Part shown: positions 52,133 through 64,000 of the stretch, piece by piece | Layout of the letters: each line of letters opens with the position of its first letter | Numbering within the stretch: the stretch's first letter is position 1 | Assembly (NCBI RefSeq): GCF_009914755.1 | Contig: NC_060947.1 | DNA length: 64,000 bases | Direction: 5' to 3' (one strand) | From: the human T2T-CHM13v2.0 reference genome, Homo sapiens | The notes under the pieces: generated by a model | Told to the model about the DNA's origin: nothing | What the model saw: only the letters and a program-made list of their open reading frames with translations | The model's database searches: none | Translations under genes and position numbers: made by a program

Positions 52133-53040
52133 TGTACAGGAGGAAAAATAAATTTCTCTTTATCTGTTCTGAGTTCTTAGCTGGAACCCTGTAACAAAAG
52201 ACAGATTAACAAGAGAAAAACAAACAGAAGTTTACTGACATGTATACCTCATATATATGTAAACTAAAAGTCCTAAGCCCTCCACCAACTGCACAGACCC
52301 TCTCTTGGCCAAAGGGACCCCAAAGAAACCTTAAAAACTGAGTTCCCAGCTGTGATGGGAAGGGAGGTCAGACACGCCTCATTATACACCCTCCCTTTTG
52401 GAGTTTAGGCACAACTGACCAGCACTGATGTTAAAACAGAGATCATAAGAATGACAAAAGAGACTCTGTGGCAATAAGATACTAAATTATAAACAAGACC
52501 TAAGGCCATATAAGGCAAGGGTTAAGTCACATCTGAAGGCCATCAATCTTGCCACATAACATCCTTAACTTAAAACATTCCTTTCTGTTGACTCAAAGTG
52601 TTAGACAGAGCCTTACTCTTTTAACCAAATGCAAATTAAAGAATCTCTGAGTCCACCTATAACCTGTAAGGTCCTGCTTCAAGTTATCCCACCTTTTTGG
52701 GCCAAATCAATGTATATCTTCCATATATTGCTTTGTGCCTTTGCCTATACCTGCTGCCTCCCTGAAATGTATAAAACCAAACTATAATCTGACCACGTTG
52801 GGTATACTTTATCAGGATTCCTTGAGACTGTTTCCTCAAGCTGTGTTCACTCCTATTGGCTCAGAATAAACCCTTTAAGAGTCTAGCTTTTCCATTAACA
52901 TATACATAGGAAATATGCAAAGAATTAGTACTTTTCAAAACAGTGGCTTAGAGTTCAGGCTTAAATACCACCTTCTGTTGAAACAAAGAAAGAAGGATAT
53001 TGGAAGGTGAGGAGGAGTTATGAAGATATGACCAGGAAAA
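52133..53040 (-). mobile_element. MER34/MER67-group LTR 3' portion, interrupted by a MER4-type LTR
   Basis: Homologous to 44789-45060. Confidence 0.7.
52258..52900 (+). mobile_element. MER4 (D/E-like) solo LTR
   Basis: TGTAAAC...TTAACA with 4-bp TSD TATA. TATAAAA at ~52770 and AATAAA at ~52865. Confidence 0.85.
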
Positions 53041-53354
53041 GTGTCCTTATCTCCAAAGACACAGGGAGAACGAGAAGAATCTAAACACACAGGCCTTGCT
53101 AAGTTTTCCCCAGCTCATATCCTTTCATCCTATTATAATTCTCTATGACTTTCTACTCTATCAAACCTAGCATTAAAAACACTCAAGTTTGACCACTTCT
53201 TTTGATCTTCATTTACTTATGAAGGCTCTTATGTCATGTAAAACCTATATTAAATAAATGGGTATACTTTTCTCTTGTTAATCTGTCTTTATTATAGGAG
53301 CCCCAGCCAAGAACTCAGAAAGGTAGAAGGAAAATATATTTTTCCTCCTCTACA
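53041..53354 (+). mobile_element. 3' half of a MER31/MER67-group LTR
   Basis: Homologous to 44170-44479. Ends 'tttcctcctctaca'. Confidence 0.65.
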
Positions 53355-53569
53355 CTTACCTGGAATAAATTTGAAAATTTATATTCTTTGAGAAAATCAA
53401 CCATTTTATGCAGAATCACAAATGTATTTGTATGGAGATGAGCAAATTAATGTCATACAATTCTTTTAATTTCCTTGGTATCTGTGGTTATTTCTTGATT
53501 ATATGTATTTTTTATTTAGAGTATTTGTACTTTCTCCCTTTCTTCCTTGATTAAGTTAATTAATGATTG

Positions 53570-53977
53570 TTATAGCCATTTCACTGTAACCCACAGGTAT
53601 TTAGTTCTGCTCTCTTTCCAGGGCATATGGAAGACCATACCTTTCATATGATTAGTTCTAGGCAACAATCAGGTAGCAGTAGGGAGAGGGGCATGTGTCA
53701 CATCCAGGCTGAGGGTGAAAAGTCCTGAAATCTTCCAGAGTTTCTTCCTTACTTGCAGTGAGCATGGAGGGCATGTGTGGATAGAGCAGAACCCCAAGTC
53801 AAAGAAAACTGAGTCGTTGAGTTACTATATGGAAAAAAAAAAAAAAGCTGCCTTGGAGAGTCTTTTAACCCACAGTAGACTTTGAGTGCATGAGAAATAA
53901 AATTTATGTGATAAGCCACTAACATTTAGGGATTGTTTACAATTAAAGTTGAAGCTCAGTTTATTCTGACTAATACA
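53570..53977 (+). mobile_element. Old MaLR LTR (MLT1I/J-like)
   Basis: 3' end 'gtagactttgagtgcatgagaaataaaattt...taagccact...tctgactaataca'. Confidence 0.6.
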
Positions 53978-54879
53978 GTGATGTTATTCCTTTTATTGAC
54001 ATTTCTAAATAATTGGCTCTTTGATTTATTTTTTCAATCTAGCAGATTTGTTTTTACTTAATTTCCTTTCTCCTTACCTTAGATTTAATATGTTCTTTTC
54101 CTAACTTACTGAGTTTAATTTATATTTATTTTTCTTGATTATTATAATAAGTATTTGGGGCTAAGATTTTTATTCTGAGCAATGCTTTAATTTTTATCTG
54201 ATATATAGCAGTTATATAATGGTATGCATTTATTTTTGGGCTGATAGTTTTCCCTCTTATATCGGTTGTTGGGAAAAAAAGTTGTATTTCACTTTAATTT
54301 AGAGGTGAATTTTTTTCATTTTACTTTTGTTGTCAACTTCCACTTCTGTTTTATTGTGGTCAGAAAATATTTTCTGCTTCTTCTATAAATGTCAAAGCAA
54401 ATGAAAATTGTGTATCATATTGTTCAAATCTTCTGCTTGTTTCCTGCTTGTTCTAATTTGACATGCATAAAAGATTGACTCTTCAAATTGTAGATTATTT
54501 TCTTACAAGGACACATGAGTCATTTACGAAAATTTACCATTTAACATATTTCAAAGGAATAAAATTATTCAGAGTACATTTCTTATGACAATGGAAGCAA
54601 GCTAGACATTATTTTTAAAAAGATAACCAGAAAATTCCCATGTTTCAAAATTTAAAAACACACCTTTAAATAGACAATAGGTCAGAGAAGAAATAATAAT
54701 ATTAATTATAAAATATTCCAAATTGAATAACAATTAAAACACAAGCTGTCATAGCTTATGGAATGCATTTAAAGCTGTATATGTAAGGGAATTTGTAACC
54801 TTAAATGCAAATATTTTTCTTATTCCTTGGGATATGTGAAAAAGTAATTAACCTTATTCATTATTAAATATGCAAATTA

Positions 54880-55180
54880 GGCCAGGCCTGGTGGCTTATG
54901 ACTGTAATCCTAGCACTTTGGGAGGCCGAGGTGGTAGGATTGCTTGAGCCCAGGAGTTTGAGACCAGCTTGTACAACATAGTGAGGGTCTCCACAGAAAA
55001 ATAAAAAATAAAAAATTAGCTGGGTGTGGTGGTGCATGCCTGTAGTCCCAGCTTCTCTGGAGGCTGAGGCAGGAGGATGGCTTGGGCCCAGGAGATTGAG
55101 GCTGCAGGGAGCCATGATCATGCACTCCAACCTGTGCAACAGAGTGAGACCCTGTCTCAAAAATAAATAAAAAATAAAAA
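54880..55180 (+). mobile_element. Alu (AluJ)
   Basis: J diagnostics 'ggattgcttgagcccaggagttt' and 'gagaccctgtctc'. TSD ATGCAAATTA. Confidence 0.93.
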
Positions 55181-55880
55181 TGCAAATTAAAAAGTCACAA
55201 TGAGATATCACAACATACTAGAATGGCTAAAATTAAGAAGAATGAAAATATCAAGCATTTAAAGGATTTGGAACAGCTACAACCCTCATATATCATGGGC
55301 ACTACTGTAAATTGGTACAACCACTTCTGAAAATTGGGAGTTTTACTATTTACTGCATATCCTATGAAAAATAATTTTTAGATATATGCCCAAAGAAATA
55401 CATATCTATGTGCATCAAAAGTCATGTGCAAGACTGTTCATAGACACATCATTCATAATAGCCAAACACAAAAAATCACTCAGATATTCATTAGTCGAGT
55501 GGATAAATGAATTGAGTATATTCACGTAAAATATAGCAATAAAAATTAATGAACTATTGCTATGTGCAATGATAATGATGAATTGTCCCCATAAATATAA
55601 TGTTGGGCAAAATATCCAGACATAAAAGAGCACATACTGCATGCTTCCATTTATATAAAATTCACACAGGAAATTAACATGGGGTTAAGAAACAAGATAT
55701 TGGTTACATCTGGGAGGAGAGTGGGGTTTGCACTTGGGAGGGAACACAGGGATCACTTGCGGAATGCTGGTAATGTTTTGATTCTTATTTGGATGGTAAC
55801 TCATTATTATTTTGTGAGCTGAAAACCTGTGATTTGTGCCATTTATTTCATGTATTTTATATTTCTTTAAAAATGTTAAG
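55181..55880 (+). mobile_element. L1M-type 3' end fragment
   Basis: 'atgcaaattaaaaagtcacaatgagatatca...tagaatggctaaaattaa' and 'catactgcatgcttccatttatataaaattc'. Confidence 0.75.
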
Positions 55881-56299
55881 CAATTGAATTGGAAACTACT
55901 ATTTTGTTATATATGTCAGATACAAAAAGGTAATACTGATCTGAACCAAATTTGAGGTGCAGAGACAGAGCAAGAGAATGCTTAGGCTGAAAAAAGGAAC
56001 AATTTGAATTTGCAAGCTCTCACTGCATTAGCTCCTGGAATTGTGTTTTGAGTGATAATGTGCTACATGATCCTTCTTCCAAATAATTCAGTTTTAGTCA
56101 CATTAAAGATTTGCTCTTTTATTTAACCTCCTTCTGTAATTTTACTTTTAGTGATCCTGCTAATTTGCATAAGCTAACTTTCTCCTGCATCTTGAAACAT
56201 CTTTGGTCTACTCTCAAAATGTATTAAGAATACAACAAGGTCTCACCCTCTCCACCCCAGTTTGCCTGGTCAAAGACACTTTATCTCTCCCCTAAAGAG

Positions 56300-57030
56300 A
56301 TAACATATACTCCTAAAAGTCTCTCTGCTTTCCCACTCCCCTCTGGTCTAGCCTACACAAAGAAGCCAGAGGGATTCCAGTAAAGGTAAGTTAGATAAAG
56401 TTACTATTCTACTCAAAACCAGAGGGATAACCATTAAAGGTAAGTCAGATAAAGTTACTATTCTACTCAAAACATTCCAACGGCTTCTCATTCACTAAAA
56501 GTCAGATTTGAAACCTTTACTCTAACTTACAAGACCATACAAATATCTGACCTCATATCTTACCCTTCTGCTCTCACTAACGCTATTTTAACATCACTGG
56601 TTTCTTTTCTACTCCTGTAAAGTGATTAGCAAAATTCTACCTCAGAGTCTTTGCACTTGATGTTCCTCCTACCTATTATTCTCTTCCACAGATGGCCATT
56701 TTGCTTACGCTTTTTTTCTGGATTCTGCCCAAATGTCACCTGCACAGAGGTCTTGCTTGACCACTCTATCTAAACTATTGCACTCCCTCACACACAAATC
56801 ACCCACTGCTCCTTTTCCCTGCTTTATTTTGTTTCTTCACAGTATTTATTACTATATAGCATTATATTATAAATCTTAATTATTTAGATTTCTGTTTCCT
56901 GTACTAGAATGTAATTTCTATGAGACCATGGAATTTTTCCCATTCCAACTTATATCTTCAGCATGTAGAATAATACTGGGCAGAAAGTAGGACCCAATAA
57001 ATAAGTATTGAATGAATGAATAGCTGAATG
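56300..57030 (+). mobile_element. L2 LINE 3' fragment (with a ~54 bp tandem duplication at 56366-56473)
   Basis: Ends in the L2 tail 'caataaataagtattgaatgaatgaat'. Confidence 0.75.
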
Positions 57031-57061
57031 ATAGAGTAAGTGTTAATGTGAGTGGTTAGAC

Positions 57062-57438
57062 TGTGATACAAACAAAACTGGCCCGATTGTCTTATCTTAG
57101 TTTCTTCCTCAGGAAACTGACCCTCAGACAAGAAACTGAAACCCACCGGATCACTGCATCCAGACAATGAGATGCCAGACCCCTCATTCATCATGATTGT
57201 TTCCTTACCTCTCCCTATTTCCTGTTTTCCCACATGTAGTTACATGCCTTACCGGCTATGTAAACCCCCAATTTTAGTTGGTTTGAAGAAATAGATTTGA
57301 GGCTTGGCTCCCATCTCTCTGCTTTACATCACCCAAATAGAAAGCCTTCTTCCCTGGCAATACTCATTGTCTCAGTGATTGACTTACTGTGCAGTGAGCC
57401 ATGGGACCTAGACCAACCCCCTGGTGTTTTGGTAACAC
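57062..57438 (+). mobile_element. Solo LTR (MER72/LOR1/LTR47-like; uncertain)
   Basis: TGTGATACA...CCCCCTGGTGTTTTGGTAACA ends. Confidence 0.7.
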
Positions 57439-58278
57439 AAATTTGGCAGATGTATTTTCTAAAATAATCTATTGAATCAACACAGCTCATTTCACACCAG
57501 GAGTAGATCATTTTTTAACAACCCTTTCCTTTATGTGATAACATTATTGCAGTAATAACTATGCAATAATAAATAATAATGACCATTTTCTTCATTTGGT
57601 CTTTAGTTTTAATACAAAGAATTAAAAATTAAGAAGATGAATATATTTTAATTTTAATGATATTATTTAAATTCAATAAGATGATTTCATCTATAAACTA
57701 AATTTCAGATTTACCAAACAAAAATATCTCTCCTTACAATTCACATCCTGTTTCATCATTTTAAAGTTTAAACACAAATGAAAATTCTAAGTGTTTGCAG
57801 AGATCGACAGAAATAGCAGAATTAAAGTAACTCAAGCTCTCTTTATTTTTATAATCATCATGCTATCATTGTTTATTTCAAATCTATTATATACACACAA
57901 TAATGTGTAATAACACAGGGATTAGAGACGGAAACTGTGCTGAAGTGAGCTTGAATGATTCTGAACCATTATGGACTTATTCTTGAGAGGAATGTGGAGC
58001 TGATTCGGCATGTGTTGAGGACCCACCATATAAATGGGAGTTCTCTAAATTAATTTTCATTAATTTGAATACAAAATTTATTAAAGAAATGTTACAAAAA
58101 TGTGCTAATTTGAAGTGTATATATAAATGATTGGAGCCTAACAATAAGCATAGTAATTGCTTAGAACTTAGACCAATAAAATATTTTGAGGGTAGAGAGG
58201 AATATTTAATCACTGACGTTGTGTAATGTTGTTGACAAAAGGTGAAACAAAAAACCTTGTCTAAGAAAGAAGAAAAAA

Positions 58279-58595
<317 letters not shown>

Positions 58596-59021
58596 TTAAT
58601 GTTATACATACATAGAAAATAATACATAGAAAAAAAGTTATAATACATAGAAAATAGAAGGATAACTTAAATTACTCCGTGAAGAAACAATCAGACAAAT
58701 CAAGCATGGATGATATTCTATAGAATAACTGGCCTAAAATCTTCAACAATCGATGTCATAAAAATGAGGATGGGGAGAGGCATAATAGCTAAATGCAATG
58801 CATAAATTGGATTGGACCCTCATTTGAAAAAAGAAAACCATAGAAGACATTATTGAGATACTTGGGGCAATGTTAATATGTACTGAATATCTGACAACAT
58901 TATTAAATTATTGTTAATATTTGTGGGAAATTGTTTATCAATACTAGTAACCAAAATTCCAAATTTTTAAATTAGACACTATTTATTCCCTATTTATTGG
59001 CAATGATTAAAAAGAATTCTA

Positions 59022-59319
59022 GGCCACGTGCAGTGGCTCACGCCTCTAATCCCAGCACTTTGTGAGGCCAAAGCAGGAGAATTGCTTGAGGCTAGGAGTT
59101 TGAGACCAGCCTGGGCAACATAGCGAGACCTCATCTCTACAAAATGTTTTTAAAAAACAATTAGCTAGGAGTGGTGGCATAAATATAGTCCCAGCTGCTT
59201 GGGAGGCTGAGGCAGAAGGATCCGTTGAGACCAGAAGTTCAAGGTTGCAGTGAGTTAGGATCGTGCCACTGCACTCCAGCTTGGGCAACAGAGCAAGATC
59301 CCATCTCTTAAAAAAAAAA
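59022..59319 (+). mobile_element. Alu (AluJ)
   Basis: J diagnostics, TSD-like AAGA(A/G)TTCTA. Confidence 0.93.
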
Positions 59320-60311
59320 GTGTAAGAGTTCTAAATTATAAAGAATTTAGCATTCTAAAACTTGAAAAAGATTTTTAATTCTAAAGGATTAAAAAGAGTT
59401 TTGGTGGTATAGCAAAATGACTCTGCAAGGGAATGAGCTGCTAGTGCATATGAATAATAACTGTCCACTTAAACCACTTCCAGAAACTGAAAATAGTCAT
59501 GGATATAAACATGGAAACAACCTCATGATAACCATTCTGTATTTACAAAATCAAACTTATTCAACATGGTATTAGTTAAATAGGAGACAAGTGTAGCCAT
59601 CAAAAATGATAATACAGGCATATTTTTATTAAGAAGGATAGAATTTCATTATATATCAATAAGGTAAGACAATGGGTTACAAATAGTGCATAGCATTTCA
59701 GCCCATTTTATCATATATTTATTTACAGGTATATGCTCAAGAATAGAATAATATAAAATAGAAACTGCATATTTGAGTAGCAGAATTGCATTTGGCTTAT
59801 TTTTGCTTCTCTGTATCTTTGAAATTTTTAACCTAGCATATATTTTCATAAAATGAAATTATCTAAAGTAATTAACTTCTTTTTAAAAGCCATTATTTCG
59901 GTTTCTAGGCATTTTAAAACATTAGTTAATTGAAAATGGAAATGGAAGTCTGAGACCCTGGCAGTTTGTAGGAAGGGCTAGTGGCCACTGCTGCAGTGGT
60001 TCTTGTCCCAGTGCACAGCAGAGATGGCGGCTTTGGTGCTGGCAGAACAAGTTGTAGTGTGTCACCCCCACATTTCTGGGGATCTGTAAGTCCTACCTGG
60101 CTCATGGTGGGGTGAGGAACCCACACTTGCCAGGGCTGAAGGGCAGGAGTGAACATGGTCCCCTTAGAAATTTAAACCTTCTCTCAGAAGTGTACAGTAG
60201 AACTAAAGAATACAAACCACCAAGGGTAATCTAAAATTGTGATTGGCTCACTAATAATCCCAGGACAAAATGAGAGGTCATTAATCAAGAATAAGTGAAA
60301 CTGCTATAAAG

Positions 60312-60536
60312 ATGTTTGATATAAAAGCTTGGGCTGAATACGTTGTATAATGGGGCTGCAAAGGACCCATATGGTTTTCTTACAAAAGACATTTTGGCCT
60401 TTCCTCCACTGTTACTGGCAGGTGCTGTACTGTTTTGGAAATTGGCCAAGATGATTGAGGCCAGTGAAAGGAGCAAAAGAAGAAACAAAAACATCAAGAA
60501 AATATTGCAAAAGCTAAACAACCATAAAAGGACTGA
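60312..60536 (+). pseudogene. SMIM15: Processed pseudogene of SMIM15 (small integral membrane protein 15), CDS-equivalent; the full retrocopy with UTRs probably spans ~59945-62540
   Basis: Reconstructs as [71 protein letters not shown], matching the 74-aa SMIM15 as I recall it. Premature TAA at 60348-60350, +1 frameshift at ~60354, -1 frameshift at ~60468 and a second stop near the end. AT-rich 3'UTR-like tail with AATAAA at ~62503. Confidence 0.92.
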
Positions 60537-61338
60537 AAAAATGTGCAGGCTCTACAATCAAAGGAAAATAATTTGGAAAATTATGCAGCCTTGGAAAGAC
60601 CTATTAAGATTTCTTCTTTCGAGTTCATAACAGTCTTATTTAGCAAACAAAATCTGACCATATGGAAGAACTGTGTTAGTTCTAACCTATTACTATAGCA
60701 ACTTCTAGGCTTGGGTATAGAAGTTTGTTGGTATCTATTGACAATTCTTGTAAATTAGCACTTATTATGGTACAAATTATTTATAACTGACTTAGTCATT
60801 TGCCATTTTGCAGCTTTGTACTGAAATGAAAATATCTTTTGGAGAAAAATGACTTTTGATTATGAACTCTATTCAAATAATGGTTTAAAATGGGGCCCTG
60901 TTCTGCGTAAAGAAAATTAAGAATGTTAAAAGTCAGGATTGTCTTCTCTGAGATGAAAAGTGTGCTTTGGCTTAAAAGAGATACAGTACATTAATCACAT
61001 ATCTTATTATTATTGCTTATTTCTTGGAATAGAATCATTTCTGGCTTTATCAAAGCAAAGTAATATTAATCAATAAGTACATCTAATTGATGCATTTTTC
61101 TGATTTTAGTCTTTCAGACAACTAGTAATTATCAAGACATTCTGCATTTTTAAAACATAATTTTATAAAAAATTCTTTTATTTTGACTGTGTAGAATTTT
61201 GCCTACTAGATATAACAGTTTTTGTACCTAAAAGCACTGCCATTTTTTTAGAGATAACTTGTTGAGAAAAGTGACATTATTATTTAAAGCTTGCAATAAA
61301 TATGCCAAACGCTGTAGTAACTTGGAACCAGTTTATTC

Positions 61339-61648
<310 letters not shown>

Positions 61649-61969
61649 AAGAACCAGTTTATTCGTATGCTAAGTACCACTGTGAAATAGAATGTACTAT
61701 CCCATAATTTGCTGTTTATATAGATTCCACTTTCGGTTTTTTATCCCATTCTCTGTTTTAATTTATGTGGTAGTAATGTTCAATATTTTTTGATCGAATA
61801 GGTTCAAGGTGAGACTTAAGACTTCAAATGATGTTTCAAGAACTCTCAAAGAACTCTCAAAGAGTTAACAGTTAAGTCATACTTCATAAGTAGTAAAGAA
61901 CGTCTTAAAATTTGGAAAATTTCATTGGGCATAGTAGTAATTGGGTAAGAATAAATTATTTAAAAATAA

Positions 61970-62302
<333 letters not shown>

Positions 62303-63396
62303 TAAAGCATGTTTCTTTTAGCTAAGTAGTGTAACTGGAGCTTCTTACTATTAAACCTGGCATTTATAAATACTTGGTCCAGTAATTTTATCCACTGTCA
62401 GTATTTAATAACTGGTTAATGTTTTATGCACCTCTGATAATTAATTTTAAGTTACAAACAATTGTCCAACAGCTCTAATTTTAAAATGAAACTACATATT
62501 AAAATAAATTTGATACTTTTTTATGAAGAGAAAAAAATTAGAAGAGAAACCTCTTAAAATGCCATAAATGTACATCTAGTAGTGAACAAGAAGTCATATT
62601 TAGACTTCAGGAGGATTTTTTATTAGCACACAAATATTATTTTTTAGAAAGACAATGTAACACTCTGAGCATTTTTCTCAGGGAATGCAGAAACAACCCC
62701 TGAATCCCAGAACACCCAAAATAAGTTGGCATTTCAGATTCCAGTGGCATGTGATGTTTACTAGTTGTGCCTGCTTCTAAACTTACAGGGGCTCAGAACA
62801 AGAAACTTGGACTAGACTCCCAGACACCTGGGTTGGTCATAAGGGTGGAGATTAGAGCCAGGCAATGATGTAGAGACATAGATTACAACCAGATTTTGAG
62901 CTAGCAAATACTTAAAGCCAATGTCCTTTAGTTTTTTTTTATTGAAAGTGAGACAGAAGTTGCTTTTCTATTAGTCAACTTTGTATCCCGCTTTATGTTG
63001 AAAATAAAGAATTTCATAAAGTTTAGCTTATTTTCAATTGTGTTATTCTACACTGTTCTCACTATAAATAGTTATCAAAAGTTAATCATACTAAGAACGT
63101 GACAACTGCATTCCTGAACTGGGGCCTTTGCACGAGCTTCCTATTCCCTCTGCCTGGTCCACTTCTTCCAGATGACTGCACAGCAAACTCCCTCACTGCT
63201 TTCAGTTCTATGCTGAAATGTCACTTCCTCAAAGTTTGAACTAAAATGTCTCATTCAATACTTGAATGTTCTATTTTTCTGGTTTCAGGTTGAGAAAATC
63301 ATTGCATTTTTTAGGTCATGCTTTCCACTAGTTTTCTTTCGTGATTTTTAAAAAAATTTTCAGACAACTTTTGGGAAAGCATATTAAAGGGTTTAA

Positions 63397-64000
<604 letters not shown>

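Noticed and set aside
52133-53354. Inverted similarity between 52133-52220 and 53268-53354, suggesting a TIR element
   Set aside because: These are the shared U5 ends of two related MER4-group LTR fragments in opposite orientation. They are diverged and have no TSD.
60343-60630. 95-aa ORF as a functional SMIM15-like gene
   Set aside because: It starts at TTG. The authentic ATG frame stops at codon 13 and the C-terminus is frameshifted.

Overview
Simian-primate (human-like) non-coding DNA, almost entirely interspersed repeats: Alu J/S/Y, MaLR LTRs (MLT1/MST/THE1), ERVL/MLT2, MER4-group ERV1 LTRs and internals, old L1/L2, MER20 and MER85. I found no intact protein-coding gene and no new gene system. 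The only recognisable host-gene sequence is a disabled processed pseudogene of SMIM15 (CDS-equivalent 60312-60536). The centre holds a ~17 kb, five-level nested LTR stack that includes a two-LTR MER61-type provirus with p53 response elements in its 5' LTR. The most unusual signals are DNA-repair or rearrangement scars readable directly from the sequence. (1) A chain of 3-4 short templated insertions copied from sites up to 12 kb away into an Alu tail (28958-29229). (2) An inversion with a ~300 bp inverted duplication that split an LTR into oppositely oriented halves (6852-9213). (3) Stacked fold-back hairpins at a deletion junction (25970-26037). Repeat subfamily names come from remembered consensus sequences and need Dfam/RepeatMasker confirmation. 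Boundaries without a cited TSD are approximate.
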